Virus record (IMG/VR): IMGVR_UViG_3300020214_000011
DNA from: an uncultured virus (IMG/VR IMGVR_UViG_3300020214_000011)
Lineage: Duplodnaviria > Heunggongvirae > Uroviricota > Caudoviricetes
Strand: one strand, 5' to 3'
DNA: 64,000 nucleotides
The position numbers and the translations under genes were made by a program. The notes below the pieces were generated by a model that saw only the letters and a program-made list of their open reading frames with translations, was not told the origin of the DNA and did no database searches. Shown here piece after piece: positions 9,341-20,299 of this stretch (its first letter is position 1; the number at the start of each line of letters is the position of its first letter).

Positions 9341-12300
9341 ATGTCGCCAACCCCGTTCAGAATTCCGTTCAACGCGAAAATCGTCGCCAGGCACGGAACG
9401 ACGTCCGTGTACGCGCTCAGGGATGGGCGCCTCGCCTTCGTCGACCACACCAAGAACCGCACCTTCTTCGACGGGAGCAGGGACGTCGGGACGGGGACCT
9501 ACGGGTCCGGTCACAACTCGGCGTGGGCCGACTCGCGCATCGTCGCCGTCGCGTCCAAGGGCGGCTCCGCCTCGTTCGCACAGACCAAGGCACTCAAACC
9601 GAAACAATCCAGGGTGCCACAGGAGGCGCCGGACCAGCCGGGGGAGGAGATTCCCGACGAAGCTTTCTCGCGATTGATGCCGATGATCCCGAAGGAGTTC
9701 CTCGATTGGGCGGCGTCGTACGAGATCGGCGACCCGCTGCCCCCGATGATGCCGGGTTACGGCGGGAGGACGCTGTGCAGTAAATCCATAAACGACACCT
9801 CCTACTCGCAGGACGACTTCGGGGTGGACCAGGTCGTCGAGCGCGTCCTCGCGGACATGGGTTTGCCAGACATAAACCCGGCCCTCGCCTTCGCCCCCGA
9901 GATCGAGACCAAGGGCCTCCCGCGGATGGAGCAGAAGGGCATCCTCGGCAGGGAGATCAGGGACATGGCGCGCAACATCGTCGACTCGATCCTCACGGCG
10001 AGGGGCCTGTGGAAGGACGAGCTGAACAAGATTCGCTGCGGGTCGGGGCCGAACGCCAACAGGTTCACCGACATCTTCGGGACCGGTTGCGACGTGCCGG
10101 GCGCCGACATGGCCGGCAACATCGTCGGCGCGATAAGGGCTGGGGTGGACGTTCCCGGTCCGGTGGACGAGGTGGCGGGGAAGATCGAGGGGGCGAGGGA
10201 GAGCGTCGCCGACGCGGCCGACGGAATTGACGTCCCGGGCGGAAAATCGTCCCTCGGCGAAAGGCTCAGGATGGCGCTGACGAGGGTCCGGGGCGGGCAC
10301 ACGCCGCACTACGTGGCCGACATGCCAGGCGACATTGACCCGGCAGCCGGCATGTCAGACGTGTTGAACAGGAGGTCCGACAAGAGGGGAGGGTTCCTGT
10401 TCGTCCGATCTCTCGTTTCGCGCAACAAACGGCGCGAGCGCGCCAAGAAGGCAGTGGGTCGTTTCGAATCCGCGGAGAAGATGGCCAGGGAGGCCTTCGC
10501 CACGCGCGAGTACCGCGACTGGGAGCAGGACTTCACGCTGAGAAAAGGCAGGCTGCCGAACCAGGGCGAGAAACTCAACTGGTTGGCCGAGCACATCGGA
10601 TGGAAAGGACAGTTCAGGGATGCGGCCGGCAAACTAGTGACGGACGAGCACGGCAACCCGGTGGGAAGCTTCGGGGGGTTGGCCGACACCGCGGTCGTGG
10701 ACGGGGTCGTGACCGACATGACCCATTTCGAAGCGATGGTCGAGCAGATAGTGCGCGACCCGAGATTCGTGGAGGGCGGTAATTTCGACAGGCTGAGCGA
10801 GGCCCAGAAGAGACGGCGCAGGGAGGAGGTCGCAAGGAACATATACGAGTACGGGCTCCAGACCCTGTTTGCGATGAAGAACGCCGGCGGACCGGAGAAG
10901 ATAGAGCAGATCCAACCCGACGGGAGCAGGATCCTGGTAGACAACCCGGAGCACAAGAAACGCTTCGCCGAGGTAATACCGACCCATTTCCGCGTAATTC
11001 ACCCGACAGACCCCAGCAACTTCCGTGGACTCGCGGATGCGGCAGTGGTCACCGGGGTCAACAGTTTCGAACCGGGATTTGATGACGAGATCGACTTTGT
11101 CCCGTTGCTGGGGACAGATCGGCGGATGACTGCGGGACGACCGCTCACGGCGGGCGTGCAGCGCCATGGAAGGGTCGCCGGTTCTCTGCCGTTGTACGCG
11201 CATGAGAACCAGACCCGTGGAGGCGAAATTCCGTTCGTGGCCTCCATAAGCCTGAATCCGGTGTGGTTCACCGACCGGCAAACACAGAAGGACAAGCTCA
11301 AGGCCTTCGGCGGTGACCACCTGGGGATGGACATAAGCAGGGAGGCGTTCTGGGCGCACACCGCCGACCACGAGCTGAACCACGTAGACGACTTCGCCCA
11401 GAGACTCGGGAACAAGCTCGGATACTGGGGGGAACTCGGCGGCGGCCGGGAGGAGTGGATGCGGAGGCTGTCGCAGCAAACGTACACGCGCACGCCCACG
11501 GGTGGTTATTGGTCGAACGTGATAGACCTCCGCAAGGACGCGGCCAGCTACACGTTCCTCGGGCAGCAGATCGCGGAACTCGACGCCAAACTCGCCGCGG
11601 CCACGACGACCTACGAGAGACAGAAGGCGATTTGGTTCTTCTACATGCAGAACATGAGGTTCAACGAGCGGACGATGTCCGACTTCGCAAGGTGGATGAA
11701 CAGATCGGGCGCCGGTTTCACGCCCGGCAAGCGCCTTTCGAAGGCCGAGCAGGCCGCGATGCTCACAGAGATCTTTGAAAACCTGCGGGCGCGCGGCTAC
11801 TCCGAGGAGCACGGGGTGCCAACCTTCAGTTTCTGGGAAGACATGATGGACACGCCTCTGGGTTACTGGGACCCAGCGACGGGGAAGTTCGAGTTCCCGA
11901 TGGACCCGCGCACCGGGCGCCTGAACCCGTACCCGCTGAACGTGATGAACCTGCAGCCGAAGTGGACGGGAAGAAGAACCCCGGCGAATGTTCCCTTCTC
12001 GGAAAACGTGGCCACATTTGGGATTGAACTCGATCCGGCACGCTTCGGGCCTGGACGGGACCCGTACGGGCAGGCGAGGCTTGACAACTCCGTCTCCAAC
12101 CTCCTGCACGGATACATAGGGGGGACCTACGCCGGCGAGGACGACTATGAATTCGCGGCGGAGCTGAGGACGCAACTGAACAAACAGGGCGCGCTCGCCG
12201 ACGTCAGGGAGTTCCTCGCCGACCCCGCCCGCAACATACACCAGCTCACCGAAGCCGACTTCATGACGCTCGTGGCCAGATACGTGGGGACGGACGAGGT

Positions 12301-15300
12301 GCACAGACTCTACGGGGAACCGGTGCCGGGACCAAGAGCACTTCCCGATGGTGTTATCGGCCCGGGAGGCGGGGCACCCCCGCCACCTGGCGCGGGTGGG
12401 CCACCGGGCGGAGCACCGAGAGGACCGATGATCCCCCTCGGGCCAGGCTCGCCACCAAGGACGCCCCCTGATGGGGGAGGCGGCGCCACTCCGCCCCCAG
12501 CCTCCCCCGGATCGCGTGGGACCGCCACCGGGCCGACGATTCCGACGGTGCCACGAGCCGACGACCCAGACATTCCCACTCCCGACGATACGACTCCGCC
12601 CCCAGCCTCCCCGCGGTTGCGCGGAACCGCCACCAGGCCGACGATTCCGATGGTGCCACGAGCCGACGACCCAGACAATCCCACTCCCGACGATACGACT
12701 CCGCCCCCAGCCTCCCCGCGGTTGCGCGGAACCGCCACCAGGCCGACGATTCCGATGCGTCCGTCGGACGAAGGTCCAGAAGCTCCCGGCGACGCCCCGG
12801 AGCCCGAGGCTCCATCGAGGGTCCGTGGCACGGGAGTCAGGAGACCGACCAGGCCGACGACCGACGACGATCTCGTAGAGCCGACGGTCAGACCCGAAAC
12901 CGACGCGGATCGCGTTTCGCCGGAAAGACGCAGAGCCGACGCGGACAGGGAAAGAAGGGTGCGCGAGCTGTTCGGCGACGAAGAAGATCCAGCCGAAAGA
13001 GAGCGTTCCGGGACGAGAACAACCGACTCCGCGGAGGAGACTTCGCCCGATCGCCCGAGAACGACGGCATCTGCCGCGAGGGACGAACTCAACGCCGCTC
13101 GAAAGAGGGCGCGCGACAGGCGTTTCGCGGAGCGGGAGGAAGCGGACAAAAGGGCGGAAGAAGCATCCCGCAGGATGGCGGAAGCCAGGTATTACGAGGG
13201 CGTCTACGGGGACGTCGAGCAAGCAGTGGAAGATGCAAAACGCAACATCCCGTCCGATAGTCGAATCAACCCTAGAGATCGCGAAAGGCGCGTTCGCACA
13301 ATGGACGAACAAGTTGCGGCGAGGCGCAAGGCGCTTGATAAGGCATCGGCCGCGACCGATCCAAAAGAACGCAGGGGGCAGCAAATAGTCGCCGCCGCGC
13401 TAGAAGCGGAATTGATGTATAAAGCTGGGCAAATAGATTACAGAACCAACGAGCGCCGACAAGCGGACCTGTCGGTCCTGGCCGACCTAAACGGAACGCC
13501 ACTCTACCGGGACGACCAAGGCATGTTCAAATTGGAAAGCAGCGTTCCGGAATGGCAGAGAACCGAGGGACCCGACTCGATCGACGATTCGGCCGAATCC
13601 GTCGCTTCTAGAACGGCTTTGGCCGAAAGAATGTTCGGAGAGAGCGAAGCCTCGGAACTCTTGGGCACTCGTTCTTCCGAGACCGACGGACCCACCGCCG
13701 ATTCGCAAGCGGACAGGTTGAGGCTGAACCAAATTCGCGAGGAACGAGTCAACGCCACGGCGCGCGTAGCGGACGCGGAAACTCGCCACGACGAAGCCCT
13801 CAGGAGGGCGAGGCGCACGGGATCCGATCCCGACAGGGGAGGGGACGGCGACCCGGCGGCGTGGGCGGATTACAGGGCGGCCTACGAAGAATTGAACGAG
13901 GCGGACGCCGAGAACGCCAGGCTGCTGCGCGAGTCCAGGGAGCTCGAGGATCGGATACCGAAGAGCGAGACACCGACGCCCGCCACGACCAGGGATCCCT
14001 CCAGGAGATCGTACGAGCGACCGGAAACTCCCGAAGGCATCATCGTGGAAGGCGAAACCCCGCAACGGCAGATACGAATGATCAACCAGACCACGGGGGA
14101 AATAATTTACGTGGATCCGAGCAACGCTCGCATCATGGATGAAGTCAGGGCAGAGGGCTTCGCTCCGGACGTGAGGCAACCCACCGCTCCCGCCAGGAGA
14201 CAGGCCAGTGGGCGAGAAAAACCGCGAACGAAACCCGCACGTGAGCCCGATTGGGTGAGACGCGAGCGGGCCCGACGTGATCGGGCGGGATTGGCCGACG
14301 ATATTCCCGGATACGACGACGAGCCGGATGTGGGAATGGCGCCTCCGGTCAGGAGGGGATCGGATTCCGACGGGGTGAGGGAGTTCCTGGAGGAGGGCGA
14401 CGGGGCCTTCATGACGCCCGAGCAGGCCCGCCTGCAAAGGGACGGAGCCGTCGAGCGCCGGGAGTCGGCCATCTCGCAGCGCGAGAGGTTGATAAACGAG
14501 AGGGACGGGGTTGAGAACGGCGTCGTCGGACGCAACCTGACGGACGATCAGGCGCAGAGACGGGTTGAGGAGCTGAACCGCCAGATAGCCGACCTGGAGA
14601 GAAGAATAGACGACCACGAGAGAACCGCGGAGTTGTTCTCGGAGCACGCACGGAAACTCGAGGAGGGAATCCCCATCAGGGGGAGACGAGGCGGCGACGC
14701 TGAAGCAGGGATGGCGCTTTACAGGCCGAAGAACGTCGTCACAACGACGAACGACCCACCGACTTCAATGAACCCGGGAACGATAACCTCGGACGGAGGA
14801 TTCCAGGCTTACACGTTTGATTTTGCGACTTACGAATTCGACGGGCCCGACGGCATGGAACGAATAATCTTCGAGGACCCGAATCTCGTCAACATGGACG
14901 ATCCCTCGATTCGGGTCATCCCGAGAAATCCGTACGCGATCACCGGGACCGACGAGTTGAGCGAAGAGGGTCGGAGCTTGGCGCGCAGGTACCATCTCGC
15001 AAAGGCCGGTTTGATGGAGAGGAACCGTCTCGCTGGCGAGAAGGACCAGTACGATGTTGACGGCTACGTCGATTCCCTGCTCTACAGGGCCTCGATGGGT
15101 GACCCGGAAGCCGAAGCGCTAATTGCTGAGTTGTCGGATCTTGGCGAACAAATTCGGGAAGAGGCGAGGGCACGGAGAATAGCGAAAGACCTAGATGACA
15201 GCTTCGGCGAAATAGCCCAGTCGGAGATAGACGGGTCCAAGGGTGCCGCGACGCTGAAGGCTCTGACGCCCGATAAATTGGCCCTGGTCCACGAGACGAA

Positions 15301-18300
15301 ATACGAACCAAGAGTTCTCCCCGACGGCACCCTGGAGATCCAGCCGTTGGCCGATTTTCCGACGAACCCGCCTTCCGAAGGTCTCGACACGATCGACGGG
15401 AAACCGACCTACCCGAACGTAAACTACCCGCGTCACACCGTGCACTTTGGGGTCGGCGGGTTGGCCGGTGGCCACGTTCAAAGACAGAGCCCCAAGGACA
15501 TTGACCCGAACCAACGGGTGTGGGTGGTGGTGACCAATTTCGGTGAGGCCATGGATGCGAATCCCGGTTCCGTCGAAACGATGCGTCTGGAAGACACGAG
15601 TCTCACCCCGAGAGCCGGGGAGGGACTGAGATTTCCCCCGGGGACCTTCCGGATCTTGGAACTCACGGGGGACAAGAAGGCGGATTTCGCCACGATGAAC
15701 GGGGCGATTCTGGAGGTCGGCGGAACCCCACTCCCGGCAGACATGGACTATTCAAGGTACGGCGGCTCGGCCAGGTCCCGGAGGATATCTCAAATGGCCG
15801 CCGAGTTGGGTTTCCCCTCCGTTCTGGATGTCGACCATCCGAGCTCCCTGGGCCATCGGGGCTCAATGCGAAGGGGTAATTTCATCGATCGGCGCGAGGC
15901 TTTCGCAACGGCGTTGCCGATCGAAGAATCATCGCTCTCGATGCTCAGCGACAACAGTCTCGAGCGAATCAGCACCTCCACGCACACGTACGGCGGCGGG
16001 GTCGTTCGCTACGTGAATGATTCGGACACGTACATCGAGCTTTTCCCGCCGGACCTACAGGAGCGAATCGACCAGGGGCTCATCAGCAAGCGCGACGCAC
16101 GCAGAGAACTAACTGGCAGAGTTGAAGCCCGCAGGGCGGCACGGGCTCAATCCGCCGACGGGCCGAGCGCCGGCATGGCGAGGGGGACGAGCGAGGAAAT
16201 CTTCATGCGACCCGACGGAACCTTCGACATCGGCCCGGACACGGGTGGGCGCTCCGCCCTGCGACCGAGTCGCATTGACGAAGAAGTTGTGAACCAGGCA
16301 GTGATCCAGGCTAGGCAGGAGGTGGTCAGCGAGGTTCTCGACAACCCGTTCGCAACCGACCAAGACTTCGGGCGCGCCTCGCAGGCGATCGACCTGATGG
16401 AGGATGCGATCGGCGCGGACGCTGCCGAGCGGCTCAGGAACAGACTCGCGAGGGCGCGGGCAAGGCGAGACAGAAACAGTCCCCAAACGATGCCGGAAAT
16501 TAGACCGTACTTGATCAGGCCCCCGCAATACGGCGACGACTCGTTCGGGAACCGCAACCGCGTCGGCGACATGGCGCGCGCCATGTCGCGCCCCGACGAC
16601 CCGAGGAATCCGCCTCGCACCGCCACGGCGAGATTGGCGCACATGGACACCGCCAACTCGTCCGTCGCAAGGGACATAACTTACGACCCGCAAAACGGAG
16701 ACCTCACGGTCACCTACAACGACGACAGGGTCGTCACGTTCACCGACGTGCCGTACGAGCGCGTGCGCAAGGCGGGTTTCGACGACCTGCCGGACGACCT
16801 GATCAGCGAACTGGAGAACGAACAGAACCAGATGCGCAGCAGGCCAATCGGCAGGATGTCCGACGGCAACCGGGCCCGCAGGAACGTCTCGGGCCCGAGA
16901 CGATTGCTCTCCGAGGGGAACTTCCGGTCCAACGAACGACGGCAACCACCCGGCGCTGAGCAGTTCGACGATGGGCCGTCGGCCGGCATGGGCCGAACGT
17001 ACGAAACCCTGGTCGGCACGCACGCCAACGTCGTCTCCAGAAAACGAGACGAGTTGGCGAAGGCGCAACAAACGCTTGACGGGATAGGCACCCGCAGGGA
17101 CAAGGGGTTGGTGACCGAGGACGAGGCCAAGGCGGTCGCCTCTGCGTTCGCGGACCTGTTCTCCGGGGACATGAGGGTGCAGAGCAATTTTGAGGGGAGA
17201 CTGAGGACGGAGTTGCTCAGCGACGGTCGCACCATGGTCAGGTTGGATGCGCAAGTGAACTGGGAGGAGATGGTGCAGGTCCAGGACCTGACGAGCATCC
17301 CCATAACCATGCAAATAAAGTCCGCCGACGGAAAAACGATTTACGGGTACGCCTCAAGGAGGCTGGAGATAGGCGAGGACGGAATCACCGTCCATCACGG
17401 TTCCCTCACCATCTCGCCGGAGTACCGCGGCAAGGGGATAGCCAGCGAGTTCAACGCAAGGAACGAGAACCTCTACAAAGCCCTCGGGGTCAGGAGCATA
17501 ACGACCAGCGGATCCTCCTCCTCGGTTACGAGCACAAACAACCCGTTCGAGGACCAGGTGATCGGAACCGGCGCGACCCACTGGGCCCGCAACGGGTTCA
17601 CCTGGAGGGACGATGACGCGAAACAAAAATTCATCGGAATCATAGACTCGGCATTGTCTAGGAAGCCGGGAATCTTCTCGGACGAGGAGAGGCAGAGGAT
17701 ATCCTCCCTGTACAAGAGGGGCCGATCCGGGGACTTTCAGACGTCGGCGACCGCGGAAGAGCTGGTTGATTTCGAGGCCGCCGACAGATTGTTCGCCGAG
17801 GAAGGCGCGATCATCGGGTACAGGAGGGACCTGGCGCCCGCCGAGATTGCTGCTCCGAAACCGTCGAGACTCACCAGGATCGCCGACAGGCTCGGCCGGC
17901 GCTCCCGAAACCGGCGCGACGAAACGGACGGTCCGTCGTTCGAGCCGCCTCCCTGGGACCCGGATGCCGAGCTGGAGGAGGCGCTGGATGACAGGCGGGC
18001 CCGCCGAATCGCGGAGTCGCTGGCGGCGGCCGAGCTCCCGGATTTCGTCAGGGATTGGGACCCGGAAGCAGGGATGGCGGAGACGAGGAGGGCGAGATCG
18101 GCAGCGAAGAGACGAAACGCGGCCATGGCGAGGAACGTTGGCCCGGCACTCAAAGGGGACACGGATGTCAAAGAGAAAAGCGTGGACCCGGCGCCGCCGC
18201 CGTTCTCGCGAAGGGACTCGCAGAAATTGACCCAGGTGACTGCGGATTCCGACGCGCTCAATGCGTCGATCGTCCAGCAGAGAAAGGCCCTCGTCGACAA

Positions 18301-19990
18301 GTACGCACCGGGCAGGCACGGAGAGCCAGTTGAGTCCTATGCGGACGAGCTCATGGACAGCATGGGCGTCGCGCGCGAGACGGGCCTGAAGGGCAAGCCC
18401 ATGACGTTCGGCGAGCAACTGGACCAAGCCATGGACTTCTTCCTCAGGACAGCCGAACAGGACGGCAAAGAAGATCAGGTCGCCGACCCGAGGGACAGTC
18501 TTGAGGACAGGGATGTCTCCTTCATGAAGGGGGCGGCCAAACTGGCGGCCCTCGAGCTGGCCCAGACCGAGGAGGGAAGGAAGAAGGTCAGGGAGGCGAT
18601 GGCGACGGCGATTCTCGATACTTTGGCTGGGGCCGAGCCAGCACTGGAGAAGGACCCGTCACTGAGGCGGGCCACGACCATCAGAATCCACATGAACGAC
18701 AGGTCGGATCTGAGAAAGTTCGCCGGGTACGCAAGTTCGGAGATCGATGGGGATGGCAGGGTGGGGCTCGTCGTATCGCTGGTTCCCAACGTGCTGGTCT
18801 TTGACTCGAGCTTGTTCGTAGGATCCGACGAAGGCCCGTTGTCCAAGGGGCAGGGTCTGTCCGAAGTTTTCCGCTTCGCCGGCTCCGACGATTATCACTT
18901 CGGGCTCGGCGTGCACGAGTACGCGCATTTGGAGCACTACAGGTCGTGGTACGCGAGCCTCGGGTTGCGGGTCGGACGGGACGCGCCACCGTTGTCGGCG
19001 CAGCCGAAAGGTCGCCTCGGCGACAGCCTGATCGGGGCGGAAATATCCCGGAAACACAACTTTCCGATGGATGCAACCTGGGACGAGGTTCGCGAGACGT
19101 TCGCCAAGACACTCGGCAACCAATGGGATGCGCGGCAATTGGCCGACCAACACAACATCATGCATATCTCTCATGCCCCCAGCCTCGACGATTCCATCTA
19201 CGAGATAGTTGAACAAATTTCCCATGGAAGCAAAAAGGAACAATTACGACAAATAAGGGGAGCCTGGTCCAAAGACATTGGCGGACAAATAACGGATGTT
19301 TTGACCCCGGCTGGAGCAACCAACTACAGGGCGCAGGATTTCGGCGCCATGCTCAGCGCGCTGACGAGCTACGAAAGAAGCCTGGAGAATCCGTTTTTGG
19401 GCATGAATCCGGAGAACCTGACAGAGGAGCAAAAGCGGTGGGTAATCGAAAGGATAAAAATGCCGGAAAAAATTGGTAGCAAATTCCTCGCGTTGGAAGG
19501 CAGGGATGGGTGGGACGACGAAGTGAAGTTCCTTGACGCCCCGGCGGTGAGAAAGATCGTGAACGATGTGCTTGAGGGGCAAACGCCGGAAGAGTTCCTG
19601 GCCGAGCACAAGAGGATCATGGACCAGGTGCTTGGTTACGACTCCGGGTTCGCCTCGACGCTTGGCGTGCCGACCGACGAGGTCATGCGGGTTCTGGGCA
19701 GGTCGTCGCTGTACGGGCAGACGAACATCATGGAGGCCGTCGCCGAGGCCCGAGTGGTGACCCTCTATGCGGAGCGTTTCCGCGAGTCGCTCAGCATCAA
19801 GCAGCTTGAGCAAGTCGAGGAGATGAGGGAAATGCTGGAACGGGTGCTCCCGGACCCGTCCGGCGGCGTGGCGGTTCGGAACCTGACGCCGGAGGCGAAG
19901 GAACATTTTGCTAGACTGGCGAGGATGTTGGGCAAACTTCCGATACTGAAACTCGACCCTGAAGCACTCAAAGCGGCACTCAGGGCGTAG
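9341..19990 (+). CDS. Giant multidomain protein B (~3549 aa): Cys motif, HExxH zincin, Pro-rich repeats, KTSC, GNAT acetyltransferase, second HExxH zincin
   Basis: Frame is open from 9290; ATG 9341 follows AGAGGA. Motifs HELNH; SSVARDITYDPQNGDLTVTY...FTDVP (KTSC); ISPEYRGKGIA (GNAT motif A); HEYAH...YGQTNIMEAVAE. Six delimiters. Confidence 0.8.
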   Translation: MSPTPFRIPFNAKIVARHGTTSVYALRDGRLAFVDHTKNRTFFDGSRDVGTGTYGSGHNSAWADSRIVAVASKGGSASFAQTKALKPKQSRVPQEAPDQPGEEIPDEAFSRLMPMIPKEFLDWAASYEIGDPLPPMMPGYGGRTLCSKSINDTSYSQDDFGVDQVVERVLADMGLPDINPALAFAPEIETKGLPRMEQKGILGREIRDMARNIVDSILTARGLWKDELNKIRCGSGPNANRFTDIFGTGCDVPGADMAGNIVGAIRAGVDVPGPVDEVAGKIEGARESVADAADGIDVPGGKSSLGERLRMALTRVRGGHTPHYVADMPGDIDPAAGMSDVLNRRSDKRGGFLFVRSLVSRNKRRERAKKAVGRFESAEKMAREAFATREYRDWEQDFTLRKGRLPNQGEKLNWLAEHIGWKGQFRDAAGKLVTDEHGNPVGSFGGLADTAVVDGVVTDMTHFEAMVEQIVRDPRFVEGGNFDRLSEAQKRRRREEVARNIYEYGLQTLFAMKNAGGPEKIEQIQPDGSRILVDNPEHKKRFAEVIPTHFRVIHPTDPSNFRGLADAAVVTGVNSFEPGFDDEIDFVPLLGTDRRMTAGRPLTAGVQRHGRVAGSLPLYAHENQTRGGEIPFVASISLNPVWFTDRQTQKDKLKAFGGDHLGMDISREAFWAHTADHELNHVDDFAQRLGNKLGYWGELGGGREEWMRRLSQQTYTRTPTGGYWSNVIDLRKDAASYTFLGQQIAELDAKLAAATTTYERQKAIWFFYMQNMRFNERTMSDFARWMNRSGAGFTPGKRLSKAEQAAMLTEIFENLRARGYSEEHGVPTFSFWEDMMDTPLGYWDPATGKFEFPMDPRTGRLNPYPLNVMNLQPKWTGRRTPANVPFSENVATFGIELDPARFGPGRDPYGQARLDNSVSNLLHGYIGGTYAGEDDYEFAAELRTQLNKQGALADVREFLADPARNIHQLTEADFMTLVARYVGTDEVHRLYGEPVPGPRALPDGVIGPGGGAPPPPGAGGPPGGAPRGPMIPLGPGSPPRTPPDGGGGATPPPASPGSRGTATGPTIPTVPRADDPDIPTPDDTTPPPASPRLRGTATRPTIPMVPRADDPDNPTPDDTTPPPASPRLRGTATRPTIPMRPSDEGPEAPGDAPEPEAPSRVRGTGVRRPTRPTTDDDLVEPTVRPETDADRVSPERRRADADRERRVRELFGDEEDPAERERSGTRTTDSAEETSPDRPRTTASAARDELNAARKRARDRRFAEREEADKRAEEASRRMAEARYYEGVYGDVEQAVEDAKRNIPSDSRINPRDRERRVRTMDEQVAARRKALDKASAATDPKERRGQQIVAAALEAELMYKAGQIDYRTNERRQADLSVLADLNGTPLYRDDQGMFKLESSVPEWQRTEGPDSIDDSAESVASRTALAERMFGESEASELLGTRSSETDGPTADSQADRLRLNQIREERVNATARVADAETRHDEALRRARRTGSDPDRGGDGDPAAWADYRAAYEELNEADAENARLLRESRELEDRIPKSETPTPATTRDPSRRSYERPETPEGIIVEGETPQRQIRMINQTTGEIIYVDPSNARIMDEVRAEGFAPDVRQPTAPARRQASGREKPRTKPAREPDWVRRERARRDRAGLADDIPGYDDEPDVGMAPPVRRGSDSDGVREFLEEGDGAFMTPEQARLQRDGAVERRESAISQRERLINERDGVENGVVGRNLTDDQAQRRVEELNRQIADLERRIDDHERTAELFSEHARKLEEGIPIRGRRGGDAEAGMALYRPKNVVTTTNDPPTSMNPGTITSDGGFQAYTFDFATYEFDGPDGMERIIFEDPNLVNMDDPSIRVIPRNPYAITGTDELSEEGRSLARRYHLAKAGLMERNRLAGEKDQYDVDGYVDSLLYRASMGDPEAEALIAELSDLGEQIREEARARRIAKDLDDSFGEIAQSEIDGSKGAATLKALTPDKLALVHETKYEPRVLPDGTLEIQPLADFPTNPPSEGLDTIDGKPTYPNVNYPRHTVHFGVGGLAGGHVQRQSPKDIDPNQRVWVVVTNFGEAMDANPGSVETMRLEDTSLTPRAGEGLRFPPGTFRILELTGDKKADFATMNGAILEVGGTPLPADMDYSRYGGSARSRRISQMAAELGFPSVLDVDHPSSLGHRGSMRRGNFIDRREAFATALPIEESSLSMLSDNSLERISTSTHTYGGGVVRYVNDSDTYIELFPPDLQERIDQGLISKRDARRELTGRVEARRAARAQSADGPSAGMARGTSEEIFMRPDGTFDIGPDTGGRSALRPSRIDEEVVNQAVIQARQEVVSEVLDNPFATDQDFGRASQAIDLMEDAIGADAAERLRNRLARARARRDRNSPQTMPEIRPYLIRPPQYGDDSFGNRNRVGDMARAMSRPDDPRNPPRTATARLAHMDTANSSVARDITYDPQNGDLTVTYNDDRVVTFTDVPYERVRKAGFDDLPDDLISELENEQNQMRSRPIGRMSDGNRARRNVSGPRRLLSEGNFRSNERRQPPGAEQFDDGPSAGMGRTYETLVGTHANVVSRKRDELAKAQQTLDGIGTRRDKGLVTEDEAKAVASAFADLFSGDMRVQSNFEGRLRTELLSDGRTMVRLDAQVNWEEMVQVQDLTSIPITMQIKSADGKTIYGYASRRLEIGEDGITVHHGSLTISPEYRGKGIASEFNARNENLYKALGVRSITTSGSSSSVTSTNNPFEDQVIGTGATHWARNGFTWRDDDAKQKFIGIIDSALSRKPGIFSDEERQRISSLYKRGRSGDFQTSATAEELVDFEAADRLFAEEGAIIGYRRDLAPAEIAAPKPSRLTRIADRLGRRSRNRRDETDGPSFEPPPWDPDAELEEALDDRRARRIAESLAAAELPDFVRDWDPEAGMAETRRARSAAKRRNAAMARNVGPALKGDTDVKEKSVDPAPPPFSRRDSQKLTQVTADSDALNASIVQQRKALVDKYAPGRHGEPVESYADELMDSMGVARETGLKGKPMTFGEQLDQAMDFFLRTAEQDGKEDQVADPRDSLEDRDVSFMKGAAKLAALELAQTEEGRKKVREAMATAILDTLAGAEPALEKDPSLRRATTIRIHMNDRSDLRKFAGYASSEIDGDGRVGLVVSLVPNVLVFDSSLFVGSDEGPLSKGQGLSEVFRFAGSDDYHFGLGVHEYAHLEHYRSWYASLGLRVGRDAPPLSAQPKGRLGDSLIGAEISRKHNFPMDATWDEVRETFAKTLGNQWDARQLADQHNIMHISHAPSLDDSIYEIVEQISHGSKKEQLRQIRGAWSKDIGGQITDVLTPAGATNYRAQDFGAMLSALTSYERSLENPFLGMNPENLTEEQKRWVIERIKMPEKIGSKFLALEGRDGWDDEVKFLDAPAVRKIVNDVLEGQTPEEFLAEHKRIMDQVLGYDSGFASTLGVPTDEVMRVLGRSSLYGQTNIMEAVAEARVVTLYAERFRESLSIKQLEQVEEMREMLERVLPDPSGGVAVRNLTPEAKEHFARLARMLGKLPILKLDPEALKAALRA
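12488..12757 (+). repeat. 105-bp in-frame tandem repeat, about 2.6 copies (35-aa Pro/Thr-rich unit)
   Basis: Units start at 12488, 12593 and 12698 (actccgcccccagcctcccc...). They encode TPPPASPRLRGTATRPTIPMVPRADDPDNPTPDDT and close variants. Confidence 0.9.
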
Positions 19991-20002
19991 GGGGGTGGCA
20001 CC

Positions 20003-20209
20003 ATGCGCGAGCGCGTTTTCGTCACGGACCGGCGTCATTTTTACATCATGTCCGAGGACCAAAAAGAGACGTGGTACAAGGTGGTGGTGCGAAACTCCAC
20101 CCTCGAGCCGCACGAGTGGGCCTGGCTGCAGCTCAACGAGCCCGAGGAGAAGCCGACGACCATAGACGACGACAATCTGGAAGAATGGCGCAAAGTCTGG
20201 AATAGCTAG
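20003..20209 (+). CDS. Small acidic, Trp-rich hypothetical protein (68 aa) after giant protein B
   Basis: ATG 12 nt after the upstream stop, with a GGGGGTGG RBS-like run. Confidence 0.6.
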   Translation: MRERVFVTDRRHFYIMSEDQKETWYKVVVRNSTLEPHEWAWLQLNEPEEKPTTIDDDNLEEWRKVWNS

Positions 20210-20299
20210 ACAATTGACTGGCTCGTCGCAACCCGTCAATGGGGTACAATCAAATAGCCAGCCTCAGGTGGCCATCCACGGCAAGGGCGTAAGTTACCG

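Noticed and set aside
20214..20250. TTGACT...TACAAT as a promoter before protein C
   Set aside because: Spacing is 25 nt rather than about 17; only the -10-like element is plausible.
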